Program-made: the position numbers and the translations under genes
NCBI RefSeq assembly: GCF_000142905.1
Contig: NW_013657661.1
Span: 453,692 to 517,691, forward strand
DNA: 64,000 nucleotides
Direction of reading: 5' to 3'
From: Thecamonas trahens ATCC 50062
Taxonomy: Eukaryota > Protista > Apusomonadida
Notes under the pieces: generated by a model
The model's database searches: none
Told to the model about the DNA's origin: nothing
Seen by the model: only the letters and a program-made list of their open reading frames with translations
Shown: positions 59,801 to 64,000 of the stretch, one piece after another
Layout of the letters: each line of letters starts with the position of its first letter
How positions within the stretch are numbered: the stretch's first letter is position 1

Positions 59801-61249
59801 CATTCACGAGCTCCCGCTCAAGGTGGTTGTCACATCGCGAGCGTGGACGCTCGAGGCTGTGAGGACTGGGTGGATTTCCTCGGAGACAGTAGTGGTTCAA
59901 GTGGAGCGACTGGAGTATGCGGAGCGTGCAGCGGCGGCAGCGGCGGGTATTCGGCTGATGGATCTCGAGTATGTGGCGCAGATGGGACGGAACCACCCTC
60001 TGCCTGCGCTGCTGCCGCAACGGTCACAGGTGGCGGTGGTAGTCTTTACCTGGGATGACGACAACGAGTCGGGACGCGAGATGGTGTCACGACACATGTT
60101 GAGCCACGGAGCCATTGTAGACGGCATCATGGGGCTCTACGGCTGGCTCGGATCGACGCTCGACGAGCACGATGTGCACTACTCGTTTCTGCCGCTCGAT
60201 CATGTGTGTGAGCGGTCATTTGTCGGGCTTATGCTGTTTGTGGGCGGAAGGATTGGGCTTTCGTCACCTGCAGGCGCCGACACAGTGTTCGGCGATATGG
60301 CGATGCTCAAACCAACGTACGTGCTTGGGACACCGGTGTTGTTCAAGAAGTTTTGGAACTTGCTTGGCTCGGCACAGAGCGAGTGGCCGTGGTACCGACG
60401 CCTGGTCTTCGACCTCGGATTCTACCTCAAAGTGGCACGGCTCTCGCGCGGGAGGTTCCAGATCGAGGAGTGGTGGGATCGGCTCATTTTCCAGCCCATT
60501 GCGTCGCTGCTGGGCTCACGACTGCGGTTCATTGTGTCTGTTGGCGAGGGTGGACCGCCACCTCCGCTACTCATTCAGCAGTTTCTTGAAGTAGTCATCT
60601 GCGCCCCGCTCGTCCACACAGTGGCACTCCCGCACGCGGCCGGCTATTGCCTGCGGTCAATGGCACTCGGTGGCGAGCAGGATGCACTGCTGTTCCCGCT
60701 CCGACGGCCGGAGCTGGTCAAGGTTGAGCCGGAACAGGACGGCGAGCTCTGCCTGCGTGAGCACGATGGGCCGTGGCGACGGACAGGGCTCCGCGCGACA
60801 GACGATCCCGACACCGGCGGGGTCCTGCTTTGGGTCCCGAATCAGGCGTGGTGTCCACCCGCGATGGGGTTGTGGTGGCGCTGCTAATTGTCGAACGTGC
60901 GTACGGCTTTGCATCGGACTTGGTCTCGCAGATCTGGTGCTGGATGGACAGTCGCGATGTGCTGCGGGCAGTGGTCGCCGTCGAGCACGAGAATGTGTAC
61001 GCGTGGGCACGGCAGCGTGAGTTTGCTTCGCTCGACATCGAGGCGCTCTGTGCACTGGACGAGCTTAAGCACGCACTCCTTGACGCATTTGCGATGGCGT
61101 GGGAGGTCGGAGATGTGCAGCCGAGAGTGGCCGCAACACAGCTCGCGGATGTGCGTCTTGTTGCGGACGCGTTCACCGTAGGCAATGCGTTGACGACGCC
61201 GATGCAGACGCTGCGGCGTGAGCGACTCGCCGAGCGATATTGTGGGTAG
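56839..61249 (+). CDS. Probable fusion: Nudix-like domain, EEP neutral-sphingomyelinase-like domain, 2 TM helices and a degenerate long-chain acyl-CoA ligase (5 apparent 1-nt deletions); may be two genes
   Basis: GGKAFPDEATPVETVTRELK Nudix-like box. EEP motifs SYNV, LQE, DSGL, NCHL, GDFN, RLDY and SDH. ACSL-like HGHRPCLGER, TYDEV, HYSFLPLDHVCER and WDRLIFQPI...LGSRLR. The ACSL ORF has no in-frame N-terminal ATG. Confidence 0.7.
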
Positions 61250-61250
61250 G

Positions 61251-61727
61251 TCAAGTCGTGACATGGCGTGGAGTTGGCGACACGGCCAGGCAGACCGGAC
61301 TCCTTTCTGACGAAGCAAAGTGCGCACGACGACAAGGTTGATGAATACACGTACAAGGCAGACCACTGCACTTTAGCCCACCCACTGCATCGCCTATTGC
61401 TCGCACTTGCCCTCTCTTGTTCTTCCTTGTCTTGGCCAGCCCGGTGGCTTTGTCGTCTGGCTCGGTGATCGGCAGCAGGGGCGGGTGGCGAACCAGGACG
61501 GCGGGGGCTGTGATGCGCAAGGCCGGAGGAGGGAGGGGAGGATTGGGTTGGAGGGCGCACTGGTAGTCTTTGCCATTGCTGTGGCTATCTCTATGCATTG
61601 CCTCCAGTGCCCTGTCGATGGCTAACTTGACCTCGGTGGTGCCGGCGGTGGTCGGTCGGCGGCGGGCGGCGGTCGGCGGCGAGCAGCAGGCGGTCAGCAG
61701 CGATGCTGTTGACGCGATGGCGTCGGC
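61251..61727 (-). CDS. Possible last exon of a hypothetical protein
   Basis: Open frame after a CATCAG acceptor-like site. It ends 1 nt from the neighbouring stop codon, like other convergent pairs here. No recognisable domain. Confidence 0.25.
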   Translation of the reverse strand, partial: ADAIASTASLLTACCSPPTAARRRPTTAGTTEVKLAIDRALEAMHRDSHSNGKDYQCALQPNPPLPPPALRITAPAVLVRHPPLLPITEPDDKATGLAKTRKNKRGQVRAIGDAVGGLKCSGLPCTCIHQPCRRAHFASSERSPVCLAVSPTPRHVTT

Positions 61728-62248
61728 TGATGTGCGTATCGGGGAACTGGAAGTGGGTGGCTATGTTTGTAGGGGTAGTGGGTACGTGTGATGTGAGCGT
61801 GGGGGTTGTGGGTGGAGATGGTGGGGAGTGCGGGTCGGAGATGGGCCCGCGGCGGGGGTGAGCACCTTCGAAGGGACACAGGGCCAACAAGTTGGGCCTG
61901 AGCCGGCAGAACTCGGATTCCGGAATACAGCAGCTGTGGATTGGAAACTGCGCATAAACGTAGTTTGTGTATGTAGTAGGGTAGTAGTGAAATCAGATTG
62001 GTCATATCTTGCAATGAGGTTGGTGGGGGGCGTGTGCGGGGTCGGGCGGTCGAGGTCGTGCTCAACCGCCTAGGCAAAACAAGCCGACGCGGAAATGAGC
62101 CGAAGTCGATGGGTATCGATGACAGCGATAATGGTAATGGTGATAGTGTGGGGTGAGTGATGACCTTGAGTGTGGTCGCGGGTTGCGTAGCTGGTAGTGG
62201 GAAGGAGCTAGGTGGTGATGAAGGTGGGCCTGATCGGGCGAGCGGGCG

Positions 62249-62555
62249 NNNNNNNNNNNNNNNNNNNNNNNNNNNNNNNNNNNNNNNNNNNNNNNNNNNN
62301 NNNNNNNNNNNNNNNNNNNNNNNNNNNNNNNNNNNNNNNNNNNNNNNNNNNNNNNNNNNNNNNNNNNNNNNNNNNNNNNNNNNNNNNNNNNNNNNNNNNN
62401 NNNNNNNNNNNNNNNNNNNNNNNNNNNNNNNNNNNNNNNNNNNNNNNNNNNNNNNNNNNNNNNNNNNNNNNNNNNNNNNNNNNNNNNNNNNNNNNNNNNN
62501 NNNNNNNNNNNNNNNNNNNNNNNNNNNNNNNNNNNNNNNNNNNNNNNNNNNNNNN
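62249..62555. other. Assembly gap (about 307 N)
   Basis: Run of N. Confidence 1.
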
Positions 62556-63735
62556 GATGGGTGGTAATGAGAATGTACGGGGGATGAGAAGGTCGTGACG
62601 TGGGTGGTGTGGCGGACGAAATGGTAGTAGGTATGGCGATTGGGCTTGAGCATTGATAAAGGTGAGTATGATACGGCTGATGGGGGTCTGTGGGGTGTGG
62701 GCGAAAGGGGCGGCGGGTACTTGGCCGGCAGAGGGAAGGCGGCGGACGTTAATTGAGTTGAACGTTGAATTAATTGAAGAAATGCCGGAACCAGCATCAA
62801 ACGAGGCAATGACGTCCACAACAACAACCAAAGATCATACATGGCTTGCACAGCACACGTATGAGTAAGCCAACAGGGACTGGACAAAGCTAGCAGGCAA
62901 TGGGATGAACTCGGGTGACGTTCAGGTCGATGAGGAAGGGCGCGGTTAATCGATCAGATCTGCAGATCAACCATGACCACGACACAACAGGGTCAACACA
63001 AAATATATTGCATGCACAACTATTGACCATGGCCAACGACAACAAAGTTGAGAATCGATAGTGTAGTGAGCAAGGCCCGATGGTGAATGTGGAAGTCAAG
63101 GTCGCAGAGAACAGGAGAGTCAAGAACAATTGAAGCATGACGAAAAATGATACAAAGCAACAAGAAGAACAAAGGCAATGATCGATGACGATGCATGTCA
63201 ATTGTGGTCAACCATCAAAGGCAAAAGCAACCAAAGCAGAACATGAAGGCCGACAAAATCAACCGCAAAGAATGTGAAACATGAACGGCAAAGAACAAGG
63301 AAAATGGATAGCCACCAAGAAAAAAACAGAAAGAATCGAATGATAAATTAACAATGATCAATGACAATCAATTCAATGTCAAACAATCGAACAAGTGACG
63401 AGTGGCGAATCATGAAATGTCAAATGACATTCATGTCACCCAACAACCCGCACATGCGACTCGGTCGAACGAGTGACACGGGCAAGTGTCAATGGGGGAT
63501 GGAGATTGTGGATCACCATCAAAGACTCAATCAACGCCCATGAACAGCCATGCGCATGGTGGGGTAAGGGATGAGTATGGTCGGGTGGGTGGGAATGTGG
63601 ATATGGGTCATGGATGGGATGGGAAGGGGTGGCAAGGGGCCAGTGAGTGGCAAGTGGAGTCGGTGGTGGTCGGTGGGAAGCAATGAAGTGGGGCTAGGCT
63701 TAATGAGGCATCAGCTAGGGTTGACGAGGCATCAG

Positions 63736-63830
63736 CTAGGGTTAGGGTTAGGGTTAGGGTTAGGGTTAGGGTTAGGGTTAGGGTTAGGGTTAGGGTTAGG
63801 GTTAGGGTTAGGGTTAGGGTTAGGGTTAGG
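63736..63830 (+). repeat. Telomeric-type repeat tract: CTAGGG + (TTAGGG)14 + TTAGG
   Basis: Direct reading. It is followed by at least 170 nt of non-telomeric sequence. Confidence 0.97.
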
Positions 63831-64000
63831 TGCAGCTTGGGGTCGGTGCCGGGGGTGAGGCTTTAGGGGGGGAGGGGTCCGTGGTCTGGCGGAGGGTGAG
63901 GCTTCAGGCTTCAGAGAGCTAATGCCTGAGTTCCCGAGGCTTCAGGCATTATGCCTGGCTGAGGCCTCAAGGCCTGACCCGGCAGAGCTAATGCCTCAAA

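Noticed and set aside
3885-60831. Mass pseudogenisation of the frameshifted genes
   Set aside because: Catalytic motifs are intact on both sides of each shift, there are no in-frame nonsense decay patterns, and several genes are housekeeping.
1-64000. Transposase, reverse transcriptase, tRNA or rRNA genes
   Set aside because: No such motifs were recognised in the ORF track or the sequence.

Overview
GC-rich, very gene-dense nuclear DNA from a unicellular eukaryote. It has GT-AG introns of about 100-280 nt and a TTAGGG tract near the right end. The style resembles an apusomonad-like protist, but that is inference only. About 25 protein-coding genes are supported: a 5'-partial coiled-coil/ankyrin protein, mitochondrial FtsH/YME1 protease, DNA polymerase eta, GNL1-like GTPase, TSR2, an MPPED-type phosphoesterase, a 3xPAS Ser/Thr kinase, a GPATCH1-like protein, a PSI-domain membrane protein, an RlaP-like Pol-beta nucleotidyltransferase, a KNOP1/SMAP-like protein, TTC39, REV1, mitochondrial uS17, a two-pore channel, a small GPI-type surface protein, a DH-PH/ARM protein, a C2HC zinc finger, GCAT, an SPP-like protease, CHIP, a triple-domain glycosyltransferase-like protein, an ankyrin-CaaX protein, and a probable Nudix-like/sphingomyelinase/dead acyl-CoA-ligase fusion. 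At about 21 sites in 14 genes the reading frame is restored by adding one base to a short homopolymer. This is most likely sequencing under-call, but the one-directional pattern is worth testing. The best leads are the four-part lipid-enzyme fusion (56839-61249), the FixL-like heme-PAS kinase, the tandem RlaP-type NTase, a structured non-coding interval at 25.2-26.0 kb, an AT-rich 37-bp minisatellite in the YME1/POLH divergent promoter, and a telomeric tract framed by short inverted motifs. There are two assembly gaps (40105-40204 and 62249-62555).
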